From NCBI GenBank assembly GCA_977030845.1, contig OZ365113.1, positions 11,284,001 through 11,348,000 on the forward strand: a stretch of 64,000 nucleotides of DNA, read 5' to 3'. Within the stretch, counting starts at the first letter, position 1. Each line of letters opens with the position of its first letter. The DNA is from Fimbriosthenelais zetlandica. Lineage: Eukaryota. The position numbers and the translations under genes are program-made. Shown here in pieces: positions 20,172-33,085 of the stretch. A model generated the notes under the pieces. The model saw only the letters and a list, made by a program, of their open reading frames with translations, had not been told where the DNA came from and ran no database searches.

Positions 20172-22440
20172 GCCTACTATAGACGTCCTATCAATTCATT
20201 ATTGGCATCCTGTAAGTCAAAACAGAAGGTGGCACAGTGTATAGATCCCATAGGAGGGCCTGCTCTGAATGCGCGACCATGTGAAGGTAATCGGAAGCCC
20301 TCCTGATTTACAACCCGCTCTAACGATCACAGGGCCGACCTCAGAGAGAGCAGGATCAAGCTCTATCTCCATGGATGTCCAGCATCCTGGTCCAGCCATC
20401 ACCTCCATATATAAGAACCCAATACCACAATGTGGCTGCAGGATTTAGAGGTGTGTAGACTAAAAATGGGTGACATCTAGCTTAATGCTACACTGTCCTT
20501 GCTTTCCGTTTGACCACAATGAAACCTCGTTTTTTTAACGCAAAATCTACCTAATCCGCCAATCTTGTATAATTACAAGATTGGTTGCCGCATTCTACGT
20601 TCCCTCATGTAATTATGAGATTAGATTCCCCACTTTACGAGGTAATACATTATACGCCCCCCTCATCTTACGATGTAGTTACGTAATACAAGATAGGACC
20701 ATCGAGGAGTGACTTCCTCCTCCACATCCTTGCCCCACCACCAGTCGAGTGACCACAGACAAGCAAGCAAGTTCTCAAGCGAGGAGATAGGCTTCATGTA
20801 TTCACCAAACCTTAAATACTGTGTAAAATTTGGATAATTTTAGGCACATGTTGGATCTAAGCATATGGCAAACATGTAAGTAACTACCTCAATTTAATAA
20901 TATCAGATGTGTGCTTTCACCGGTACATTCATAAGTTCTTTGATTAGAAGTTTAGATTTGTAAAAAAAAGAATGTATACATGTGGAGGGAGTTCAGCTTA
21001 ACTTGGAAGCTGTTATGGATGCATTTCACACCTATGGTTGTACAATGGTCTTGTCTTATATTAATAATATGTCACTTATTTTTTTATCTTATAAGGAATT
21101 CTCGGAGATGAAGAAACTCGAGAGGGATATAAACAGTGCGAGGACAAAGTGGAGAATTCAGATGAAAGTAGGTATAATGTATTTATTTTAAGGGTCAGGC
21201 AGCAAGTGTCTGGCTATCGGGAGGGCGTGTGTACTCATTTCCCTAAGCTTTTATCCCGTATAGTATTAGAGGGCTTTTAAGCTTGTATTAAGATTTGGCA
21301 AGTTTTGTTAATATAAAGTTACCATCTCTAAAAAATATAGAGTAACAGATAACCGTTTACTAATAAATTAACTTTCCGTATTGATTTTCTTTTTCAGATC
21401 TTCTGCCTCAACATTTATTCATGTGCAGTTGCCTTCTCTTCGCCTCTGTGACAAACCATCTATCTACATCTATCTACATCTATCTATTTTCTATATTTAA
21501 GTTCATTAGATCTGTGTCCATATAGATTGGAGGAAGTTTTACTTAATGGATGCGTGATGTTACATACTTATAATTATAACCATAATTATTTACCTTTATT
21601 GGTCCGGTTTAATTTAACTTGGACAAAGGTTTACTTGATATATCTCTGTCAAATTACTGGTCATTTTTAAAAGTAACTCCTGAGTGAGCACATGTATAGA
21701 TGTAGTTATAACAATTGTAACAAGCCATTGAACCATTGTCTACTAAGCTTACATAATCTCAGTACAATAGCTTTGTTCAAGTTCACACATGGCCGACCTG
21801 GACTGGGGGACTGTGAACAGGGGGAGGGATGGGGGTAGGTGAGACAGAGTGGCGCGGACTTTCCTCCCCTCTCAGACTCGGTGTTTGAACTCGGATTAAA
21901 TATTGGGTAGCTTATCGAGAGAATGAATGTATAATTATGGATTCATTTGTCAGATTTGTAAGGTCGACTTCAGAGGAATTTAAACTTATTGTTACCCAAT
22001 GGTTTTTCCTTTTAAATGACATTTCAATACAAAGAGTTAACACCAAATTAAAACTCAACCATGTGGTTTGCATTGCATTGTTACTGGTGTCTCAGATATG
22101 CTGTTTGCAATATATGTATAGGCCTATCGGGTAGTTTAGCATGTGAAAGAGCAATTGAAATTATATTCATCCAATTGTTTTGTGCAGAGGACAACTTCAA
22201 TAAATATAATTGACTAAATACATTTTGTTGACTTTCTCATACCCTTCCATATTCTCATCCTGAAATATTGTACATTATATAAACAAAATCTATTTGAAAG
22301 AGAAGGGGGATCAAATCAAAACACCCATAATCATCAATGAATTAATATTCTATATTACTGCCTATATATACCATAGAAGCGCAGGAGCTAATAGTATTTA
22401 TAGCGGCCGCCTGAGCGCTAGTAGTGCGTCCTTAATCCCC

Positions 22441-22600
22441 TAACTTACGAAGTCACTAACTTACGAAGTCCCACCTTACGATGCGCGGCGTCTTACGATG
22501 CGCGGCGCCTTACGCTGAGCGGCGCCTTACGAAGCCTCTATTCATACGATCATAATCTATACGGAATATGCCATTTTACAAGGATTTAAACTTACGATGG
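22441..22600. repeat. Periodic CTTACG motif array
   Basis: CTTACG at 22444, 22460, 22475, 22492, 22509, 22526 and 22591. Confidence 0.85.
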
Positions 22601-23331
22601 ATGAAGGAAGAATTACCGAGGTTTCTTCGTTTAAATACACGATCCTTATGGACAGTGTATGTTGAGAAAATACCTGTGTAGACTGCTGTTGAATTAGTTT
22701 GAAAGGGAGAATTTCTTGGAAAGGTGCTTCCCAACAGCTATTGGTCTACTTCTAAAAATTCTACTAGGCCTATCACTTGCCATACTGAATATTTAAGATA
22801 TAATCACTCTGGTTTAGGTAACCCCCATTTGCAAATCTAAATTGCAAATCTCGACGTTTTGAAGGCTTTATATAAATTAATTTCATCTATAAACATAAAA
22901 AAAATACATGCCACAGCATTTCCGATAGCTTCTTGCCTATCTAGTCAGGGATAATGGTTTTCCCAGGGGATCGAGGCAATTTTCCAACATCCTCGGGGTA
23001 GAGGGGGCGGGATTTCGCTTGATAAGCCGGTCGATGTTGGCCGAAAGGTGGATTAGCTTTTGTGGTTTGTCGATAAATCCAGTGTTGATCCGTGTCATGA
23101 CCTTATAGCCATGACCACGTGCCCAATCCACCAGGCATCCATCCTCCTCACTTCATTACATCCCAAACCCATAAAGTCTCATCCAACCTGCAGCGGGCTG
23201 ATTTTAGCAATAGGCCTACGTCTAGGACAGTCCATGAGTGTAATGCTTACACCTATACTAGAACATTAACGGGGACTTACATTTGCATTTTAATCCATTG
23301 TAACAGATATAGGCCTATACCAAGTGAAAGA

Positions 23332-23637
23332 TTGATTGAATGGGGTTTAACGTCACTTTCAACAATTTTTCAGTTATATCATGACGGTGCATACTTGTGA
23401 CAGTGAGCCCAATGCTCTTATATAGTGCTGCCTCACTGAGGTATCATGTCGCAGGCACATGACATGATATCTCACCCAGTCACATTATACTGACACCGGG
23501 TTGACCAGTCCTAGCACTGCCCTCTTTTTGCTGAGTGCCAAGCGAGGGAGCCACTAGTCCCATTTTTTCAGTCTTTGGTATGACCCGGCCGCGGTTCGAA
23601 CCAGCGACCTTCCACACACGGGGCGGACACTCTAACC
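23332..23637 (-). mobile_element. tRNA-derived SINE (MetaSINE-like), slightly 5'-truncated, with 12-bp TSD
   Basis: Minus strand: tRNA-like head with B box GGTTCGAACC, then GGGTCATACCAAAGAC...GGCACTCAGCA central domain and a GTGACGTTAAAC..CAATCAAT tail; TSD CCAAGTGAAAGA at 23320-23331 and 23638-23649. Confidence 0.88.
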
Positions 23638-25699
23638 CCAAGTGAAAGAGGGTACACGTATGTTCAGCCACTAAAATGTAGGCCTAATATTTGCGTCGGG
23701 ACCCTTGATATGGAATCAGGTCTGGCCTATGACATTCACTATAGGTCATCCTAATGTATTGGGAATTGTCTGTTGATAGATCGAGACGAAGGAATATGTA
23801 TAGGGCAATAGTAAGGCAGTGGTTCGTGAGCGAACAATATTCTATAGAATCTCTTGAGATGGTCAAGTGCCTTAGATTATCACAGTCCATGGTTCTAAGT
23901 TAATGTGGGAAATCTAATCTTGCCAATTCATTGATCCCACACAGATAGCAATTTACATGGTTATTTGGTTGAGTAAAGTTAGGTAACAATGACTGAAGTA
24001 ACTGTACATTAGGTGGACAGAAGGGAAGTAGCAATCTCAGGGGAGAAGCGCATAACTGTGCTAGAATGATCTAGAACTATACCCTAACCATGCAGCTGTA
24101 TCAGGGTCACTTGTAAGCAAACCCCACCTCTGACACCTCACTTGGTGAGAAAGGGGCGGGGGGTCCCCAATTTGGGGTGGGGCGCTAAGGGGGTTCCAGC
24201 CCCACTTATTTACAAAAAGAATTATTAAAAATCCTGTTTGGGCAAATTAGTAACAATTACAATAACACACAAGTTTCCACAGTGCATTACGTCCTGATAA
24301 ATTAGAATGAAGACTTGCATTACCTTTCGTTTCAGTGTATACACTGTGATAAATCACTGATAATATTCTGAGTGAAGTCATGAAGTAATAAAGGTAATGA
24401 TGAAGAAAGTGAGGGTAGAGAGTAGAGGACATATTGCCATAGTAACCGTGTAATTTAGCCGAGTAAGAGGGACCAGGAAACACCCCCGACTGCCTGTATA
24501 TATTTACCCCTGCTGTTTATTATTGACTGTGGCTGGGATATTTGCTTGCCTCATGTGATTGGCCGCTGTGATTGGTAGCTTGGCCAATCAGTTTCCTCTG
24601 AGATATGAGCCAATTGTTTGATTGGGTGCCCGCCAGATGTAATATTCTCTATATCAAATTTTTTTCATCTGTGTCAGAATTCTTTCCTATATACCTTAAC
24701 TTAACTTAACGTTTCAAGTCACTGACGTTTCAAGTCACTGCATGAAAATGTGAAAAATTTACAATCAATTCTCAGCCCATTTTCCTACATTCATACAGTT
24801 TTTTTTACTTCCCTGCTAACTCCCATACTGATTTCACTGCATGAATATGCGTCTATAGTGCTGTGTGGATTGTCCAACAAGACTATTTCTTCTTTCTTCC
24901 CCTTCTGTCATGGACTCACCATCTGCTGACATATATATTCTCATCGCTTCCCTAAGTCATAGAGCTACTGTTAAACCCTGATGTAAATGTACATTGATTT
25001 ATTTGCTATCGTGAAGCAGACCGCTATTTCCGAGGCTAGACTACCAAAATGACCTATGATCATGTGAATATATGCCACTTAGGGGCGTATCGCACACGTG
25101 AAATACCTATCTATGACTATATATCGCCTGGGTGCCCTCTTTTCCCCAGCGAAAATAAGATATAAGCCTCAAACTTTATTGATGCCGGCAAACCACCCCC
25201 TCAACTTGAGTAATACCCAAGCTTGGTAAAATGAAGTGCACAATGTTTTCCTTCATTGCTCCATTTTCATGGTCGGCCGAAACAAATTTTATCCAACTTT
25301 CCTTGTTTGGCCCCCATGGTTTAAGCAGGGATATGATTTTGGTCTTATATTTATCACAATATTATTTGATCTCAATGAATTCAGGTGGTATCATGCATCA
25401 GTCAGCCGGGAAAGGGCCAAATTCTCCAATATCCAGGGGAAAAAGATTTTTTTCAATCAGGCCTACATTTGTGTATTTAATCATCCTTTAAAACTAGTGT
25501 AAAGCGATCGGAAGGATTTGGTTGTATACATACACTTGTGTATGTCTACATACACAGTATTTCCCAAAGTAGGATAATTATTCCAAAGCAAAGATTTCAC
25601 TTGGGAATATACTTTAGAAATCCAATCATAAAGGATGAACCTAGCCTCCGTGAAGTACCAGGTAGGCCTATTTAATGCGTGTACCTTTAGATCGAGGTC

Positions 25700-26020
25700 G
25701 TTGTCAATTTTAGGTCTTTGTCTAAAGTTTTCATAAAATACACTTGCTACATTGGCTTCTAATTATCTTACAGATGACCTAAAGCTGTATCTTTGGAACC
25801 ATTATCTTGCACTATATGTCCCTCTTCCATCTGTTCCATTCCTTTAGACACATTCTATACATTTTCTCCATGCCATTTAACATTGGCAGCACGGGTATAG
25901 TATCCAACAAAGTATTGCTTAAGTATTGCAAGCTGACCATTTGCATTGCTTTCCCTGACCAGTCAATTAAAGCAATCCAAGCATGACCTGGGGCAATGGG
26001 AGCAGCGGATGGCACTGTCT
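25700..26020 (-). mobile_element. Decayed RTE-like LINE ORF C-terminal fragment
   Basis: LQYLSNT...LNGMEKMYRMCLK..RW.D.V.DN...LGHL loosely follows the RTE pattern LLYGSETW...CLR.I..W.D.V.N...W.GH; recognised by eye only. Confidence 0.35.
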
Positions 26021-29000
26021 CTTTTCCAAACTAATCGATACCGTTCACAGTGACCCTAGACTTGTTACAGTACCTATCCGTGCATGGTCCATCCCGCCTG
26101 TCCACTGGACTGGGAACCCTCTGTTGGTATACCAAAGCAATCTTAATTACCACACAGAAAATAAATGAATTCCTCCTCCGACCTGACTAATGTGGGCCTT
26201 GGCTGGGTGCATCTTAATTCCTATTAATTTGCTCACTCTGTCTCCAGCCTTTTTAGCTTCTCCACTTTTTTCTGCCCTCGCGCCAAATACCTTCTCTAGG
26301 GAGCCTATATGTAGCCGGAGGATATGGCGGCCTGGCGAGTCTCCACAGGTCCATGATCCTCCCCATTACCCCCTCTATTCCTGTGGTGAGCCAGAGCATG
26401 CTATCAGCCATGTCATCTCTATGGCTCCACGGGCTGCCATAGCAACCTCACACTGTCCTGCCACTCCAGGCACACAAACCAGCACCCCATCTGCCCTCTG
26501 CCTTCAAAGGCAGGAAAGACCTTCCCATTCACAGAACCCACTAGCTATGTATGACATATAGCCCCGGGTTCACTTTTCTTAAAAAATGAAATCCTGAAGT
26601 CAACCTATAACTAGGCTGATATTCCTCTACATTTAATATGTGGATATTAATACAAAGGCCATAATGTCCACAAATGCCATAATGTACGTGTAAGTTCCCT
26701 CCTTAGTTCACAGATTTCTCTGTGTCAGAGGTTAAACTGGAGAATAGGCCTCATCCGTGACCTAATACCACGTTGTGCTCGCCTTATGTACTGATAGCAT
26801 GCTATGTGGTTCTCAGGCTTCTCATGATGGAGCGACGCAGCCAAAGTGGGAAGTATATTTGGTAGGAAACTTGCATGGAATTCTCGCCAAGTTCTATCAT
26901 AAAGAATTTCTTTTTTACATTGTTTGAAACCGATTTAAGTTTTATATTGACATGAACTTAACAATTGCTACATGTAGTCCCAAGCTAATTGAAACTTAGG
27001 ACAATAAATGGAAACAAATGAGAACTTTAGATAGAGAGCTCTATATAAGAGAAAGTAAAAGAAAGGGTAATTGAAAGCAATGATACATGCGATATGTGAG
27101 GAGGGGATACTATAACACATATTACACACATTATCTGCTATCTACATTATCTCTCTACCATGGTATCTTCCTATCTTTAACTCTGCCCACTTATTCCCTC
27201 ATTTCCCGCGCTGTCCTCCCCTGTCTGTTCCCTCTCTCCAACACCCTTCCTCCCATAAATTGTCCATTCATCTAAGGTTCTTCCCATTGTCCAGCGTTCC
27301 ACTATTTCCATTCTCTTATCCCCCTTTCCCTCTCCATTTTCACTCCCCCGCTCATGTGGGGACCCATCACCACCAACTAGCAGGTTTCAGATAGAGCCAT
27401 ACAGTAATGCAAGCTCAGCGATAGCTTTGCATAGGGGGAGGCAAACAGCTTGCTTGCTTGCTGGACCGACAGAGAGAAACTGCTGTGTGGGAGGGAGTGG
27501 AGGAGGAGGAGGAGGAGGAAGAGGAGGAGAAGCGGTAGAAAGCAGCATACAAGCGCGACGTTGGAGAGGGGCGACGATGATGCTACCTTCTCCTATCTCT
27601 GCGCTGGAGGGATACAATCCAAGCCGGACTTGAACCACCAAGACCTTGTGGTGAAAAACAGGGGGTACTAGATGAGACTCCTGCAGCTTACATATACAAG
27701 GTCTTTATCATAGAGCTCACTGAGGTGGACGAGATACTTGCTTCCCATAGCCACTGAAGGCAGGAGTGGACCCTGGAAAATGTGTGGACACCGCCTCAAA
27801 GGGCTTTCTTGCTGAGGGCTTACTACTGGAGGAGACAGAGTCAGGTGGATATATGAGGAGGGCTTCAGGGGACAATCAAACTGGGATAGACCAACTGATT
27901 CTACCTTGGTATTTATGCTTTAACCCACTATTTCAATCCAAGATTTGGACGGTGGATTTGAAGGAGTGACTATATTGTTATGGTGTGTGCCAACATCCAC
28001 CGTCCCCAACCCTCTGGTGTGAATGACTACCCTGACACACACCAACAAGGCAGCTGCTGCAACTGCTTCTCCAGCAAGTGACCCAGTGTAACTCACAGCC
28101 CTGGAGGAATAGGGCAAGTGAGAAACAGGGGGATATATACACCTCACTGGAGGGATGCCATGATATAGACAACTTGTGGCACATTTCATGGCAATTGAAT
28201 TCATCAAGAACAACAAGAGGTTGACATCCATGCAAACAGAGAACAGTACGTGTATTACTCCAACATATATATATAATCCAGAAAAAGGTGAGAATCGCCT
28301 ATGCAACTTTCCATACAGAACCACACTAAGCCAAAGCCACAGCTGGTGGGGCCCAGGTAAAAAAGTGGCTCAGGGTGTGCGAGTGTTTGGATAAGATTCC
28401 ACACGACGTCAACTACAAAAACTCCTCCATCCATACATATCTGAGTTATTACAGTCCCACTGCCTTATTGCATACTCTATATATCCATAGATTTTTCCCC
28501 ATGGGAATCAATCCATTATCGCTGTGATAATAGACCATTCCTAGTATACAAGCCCTTGAGTTTCAAATCACAGCTTGGATCTGGCTCCTGGGAGTAGTAG
28601 TTCCTAGTTGGCATCAGGATTCCCCCCTTGTTGTTATGACGACCGATTGAACCCTGGAGGAGATGCCAACAGGAGGTGGTATATATATCATACTGGTATA
28701 ATCCCTCTTGCTTATACTCCTGTCGTATAGGCCTCCACATTTCCCTGTAGGTTCCAGCCCATCGTGTGTCTCCATTCCCTCTTTTCATCCCAGCACATGG
28801 TCAGTTTATCTCTATAGCTTCACCTGGAGTAGCGTTAGTGCTGCAAAGCTTGGTTCAGGAGGAGAGGAAGGAGGTGGGGAAGCAGGAGGAGTAAGGTTGG
28901 CCCCTATTCAATGCCCACAGCTTCTGGAGAAGACGAAGGAAGAGTGGAGGGAGGAACGGAGTGGCCTGTACCCAACGGGAGGATCCGGAGTGAGCTATAT

Positions 29001-30429
29001 ACCTCTTATTTCTGCCCCCATATTCAAAAATAACTCCTCCGGTGCACCAAGAGGAGGAGAGGGTGAAGGAGGAAAGCTATGTACCACTGCTTGTATGTGT
29101 GTTAGCACAGGATAGGTGACAAGCAGAAGGCCTGAGTTCACCTACTAAATGATTAGCAGAGGATAGCTTCCAAACATCACTGGAATTTCTGTGTCTACAT
29201 GTGTCTTTTTCCACTAGGCGAGTTGGGATATATGTAGAGAGGTCTCACTAGCGCGTTGTGGTGCTATATTGCATCTCGTCATCTGACAGCATATCACCAC
29301 TCCAGCCACGTGGTGTTTTGCTGTGTTCCATTCAATATTCCCACAATCGGAGGGTTTTACCAAGCGATGGAAAAACACTTAAAATGTGAGTATACTGTTA
29401 AATGTATGGGGTATCTCTTTGAATGAACTATAAAAAAAACATTGTATTAATAAGCAATTACACTCGTACTAGAAGATTCCACTACCGTTTAGATTTCTTC
29501 TGTACATTTTAAGTGCATTTGTTTTTTAGGCAATGGGTTTATAGTTTTGTTTGCTTTGTGGGCTTAAGTGTTGTTTTATTGTTGTATATGAGTAAAGGAT
29601 TATCTGCGTTCTCAGGAGTGGTGATGGCGGGTGGTGGTGTAAGTGGTGGTGGTGGTGGTGTAGCCAGAAAGATAAATTCTGTCCTGCAAAAATAGTCCTT
29701 CACTTAAAAACTATCTTGGCACGGGTTCCACGAAGGCGGATTAATGTTTAGTCAATGTTTATTCCTTCTTCTAACTCAATACAGAGCTCTGGTTCAATGC
29801 AAGTTATTGTTAACTTAGCTGTTGGTTAGAAATGCTGCCATAAGCTTAATGCTATACTGGCAAAAGAAAGCATTAACCTGTTTGTCCCCTCTGAGAGAAA
29901 ACCCGTGAGTGCATTGAACTCTCTCCTGAAAATACACTTTCTGTATATACACGCCTTGGCTCAGGGAAAAGCTATTGGAATAGTTTGGACACAATTGTGC
30001 ATTTTTCATGAGTATACCAATAGATTCTTGCTTTAATACGGACTATATACAACACGTGTCCTAACTTATGCATGTGTGGTTGTAACTACAGGGAAAAGAT
30101 ATGTAGCCATATTATAAGTTAATAAGATGATTTTTGGACATTATTTTGGATATTATCATTTGACTACTATATCAATATATCCATACTGTTTATGAACAAC
30201 ACCTGTCCTGATAGTTACACAAGGCGACATCATACATTAGGGGACATTATTCCATTTTTTACCTCCCTTTGTAGTATTCATAAATTCATCTATGTGACTG
30301 AGAATCGTGATAATTAATTAGGGCTATAATTCATCCTAACAATGCATAACTCATCCGATTATACCAGTAATCAGAATTAACAGAACTGTAACCATCCATA
30401 AGCAAAATCTATCTGCTTCGAATGTAAAG

Positions 30430-30545
30430 GGCCTCATATTCTCGTTGGGTTACATCCATGTGTATTTCTCCGTGGGGAAGAACTGCCTTTGCATTGATTT
30501 ATTGATCCATGCTTTATTCTGCGGGTCCATAAAGTACACTGCATA
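30430..30545 (-). mobile_element. Decayed LINE ORF2 extreme C-terminus
   Basis: AWIN...QFFPTEKYTWM*P resembles the RIN...SFFP....WN.LP terminal motif. Confidence 0.3.
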
Positions 30546-32955
30546 TTGATCGATATTTATATATCTTAATGTTATGTCACTCTATGATAGTTTGTATTTG
30601 TATTGCTTGAGTCCTCAAGTTTCTCTGCCTTCTTGGTCTTGTCTATTTCCTACCCAATCTAACTACTCTCAGTTACTCTTCTGCTTCCCACGTCTGTTTC
30701 CCCTCTATCTCCTCTTTCTATCTCCCTTTGAAGACCTTTTTCATATGTGCCCATCTCCTTCCATTTCCTACCTTGCATTAGCTTCTGCTGCATACATTGA
30801 TGAGGCAGTTTCATAGGTCAAGGCTAAGACCATTCATTGAAGACCTTTTTAGACTTCCAGGAGTGAATTATCGTGAAATTAATTTTACAAATACCTTACC
30901 ATCACATATTCTGAGAGGCTTATATATACATATAATGAAAGCCGAAGAAGGCTCCCCTTTGTCATTGTGAGTGTAATGCATGTCAATTAGTGGTAAATTA
31001 TGGCAGTTTTCCTTGCAGTTTATGCTGCTGAATTAGGAGAGGGGAAATATGTAAGGTCTGGGTCCTGCTTAAGGGCTTGTACTTAGACTATAGGAGACTG
31101 AAGTAGGTAGTTCATAGATATGAGGTAATATTTTCAAGTTGGTATACCTTCAATTTACTGTTACAAATCCTCGGTGTAAGCCTAGTTTTATTTCTACTTT
31201 TATAAATTCCACCCATAGTGACATAACTCAAAAGTATTACAAAAAGATTCTATGGTTATCTGAGCCTGATTTCTGGGAGAACAAAGCGAGCTCTTGCTCT
31301 GACACCCTTTCTAGCAGATTCCTAGCAACAAATGGGCAATCGAATACATGCAAACAGAATAACATTTTTAGGATCTTCTGGAGAGTGGGAGACAAAAACA
31401 ATGCAGTTACTGCCATGCAAAGGCAGCTTGGACATGAATGCCTGCGGGCGATGATTGTGGTGGTGGGGGATTGGGGGTTGGCAATATAGATCCGTGTCTA
31501 CAACTAGAAGGCAATGATTTGCAGCTAGCGTTCGTCCTCTCCCAGTAAAGGGCCTCTTCCTTGGTGACGGGAAAGCGGCAGCATCCATGGCTGTCACCAA
31601 GGAGACACAAATCAATGACAAATGCCCTCCTGATGTTGTAAACAATAGACCCAACTTGTGGGTGGGCAGGGGGAGGGGAACCACTCCTTCAGGCAGTCAT
31701 TGTGTGTAACTAGGGCTTCATGTCCGATAGATTCCTATGGTAATTATATTTTAACACACAAACTCTGGAGATATAACATCTGGGGCTTCTCAGTCGGGAC
31801 CAGCTTCTAATGCCTCCCGTTTAAGAATTTAAAAATAATCAATAATTAAAAAAGTATCCTGTTGTAGGGGTAGGCCTAGATGTATAAGACATGTCTTTAT
31901 TAAATGGAAATGGCTTCTATATGAAGTATATCGACGGTGGTCAATTGTTTATTGGCAATTATTTTAAATTGTACGAAATTTATATTATAAATTAAACATA
32001 ATGGAGAAGAGGAATATATGAGAGTACGATAGAAAGAAATTGTTTCGCCAATAACGCACGTCCGGATCAGTCACGCCCTCTATATAGTCCATGGGGACAA
32101 CAGCTAATACATCTTAGAATAACGAAGAGAATCAGTGGGAAATTGACCACATCTTTCTGTGTCCAGACAACAATGCAGCTTTCTTGGCCCTTTCTCATGA
32201 TAAATGACCCTCCTTTCCCCATGTGATAAATGGTCACTATATGACTTATCTGTTTCTCGAAATCTGTCTTGTATTGACCTCAAACTTTACAATTCTATTT
32301 TGATGAAATAAATGGGTTCACGAATCCTACATAATTACTAGGTTTCTTATCTATAATTAGAAGGAAAATGGTTCATTAAAGGTTATCACTTCTTCATATA
32401 TAATTATATGCACACTGGTTCAGAATCAAAATATGTGTTTGGCTAAAAGAGTATTAACTTTAAATATGTGAGTTTGTATCTTGGGAATCGAAAGAGAAAT
32501 TCTATTTCATCTTTGCTTTGTCGCCGTATTCTTTCCTGATTAATCCATAACCAAACTCCCCGGTGTCTGCCAGTCCTCAGCCTGGCCCTCCTCCTCCTCC
32601 CACCCCGGGCACGTGCTGGGGTTTGGGAGTAGTTTGCATGTGATGAATGAGACAGTGAGGGTTAGGCTTGTCACCTTGCCGACAAACCTGGCAAAACCCA
32701 GCAAATCCCCAGTTCCATTTCTGCCCCTTCACCCGCTGATCATCGTCTTACCTTCCCCATGTATTTCACGCCCTTTCCATCATTTCCCTCGTCAGTAACG
32801 ACACCTGGAGGTAAAGCGAGGGTGGGGTAAAGTGGGGGTCGTTGGAAAAGGGTGAATGGGAGTCAAAGTAGAAGTCTACTGGGAGGGAGCAGGATATTAC
32901 TATTATAATGCATTTTAACCCCCATCCGCTCCCAGAATGATAAACCATCCACCAG

Positions 32956-33085
32956 TTCATTCATTCATTCGTTCAATCATTCATTCATTCATTCATTCAT
33001 AAATTCTTTCATTCTTTCATTTATTTAATCATCATTCGTTCAAACGTTCATTCATCGATCCATCCATATTATATCCATTCATTCT
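32956..33085. repeat. (TTCA)n microsatellite, imperfect
   Basis: Directly visible. Confidence 0.92.

Noticed and set aside
22441-22540. CRISPR-like or prokaryotic repeat interpretation of the periodic array
   Set aside because: Six-bp motif with short related spacers, in a spliceosomal-intron eukaryotic context, with no cas genes.
27690-28400. Possible LINE endonuclease remnant (GVTIL, IHRP, GDI)
   Set aside because: Motif spacing is inconsistent; too degraded to support.
31322-31684. CLLGDS resembling Harbinger transposase LLGDSGY
   Set aside because: No further catalytic motifs follow.
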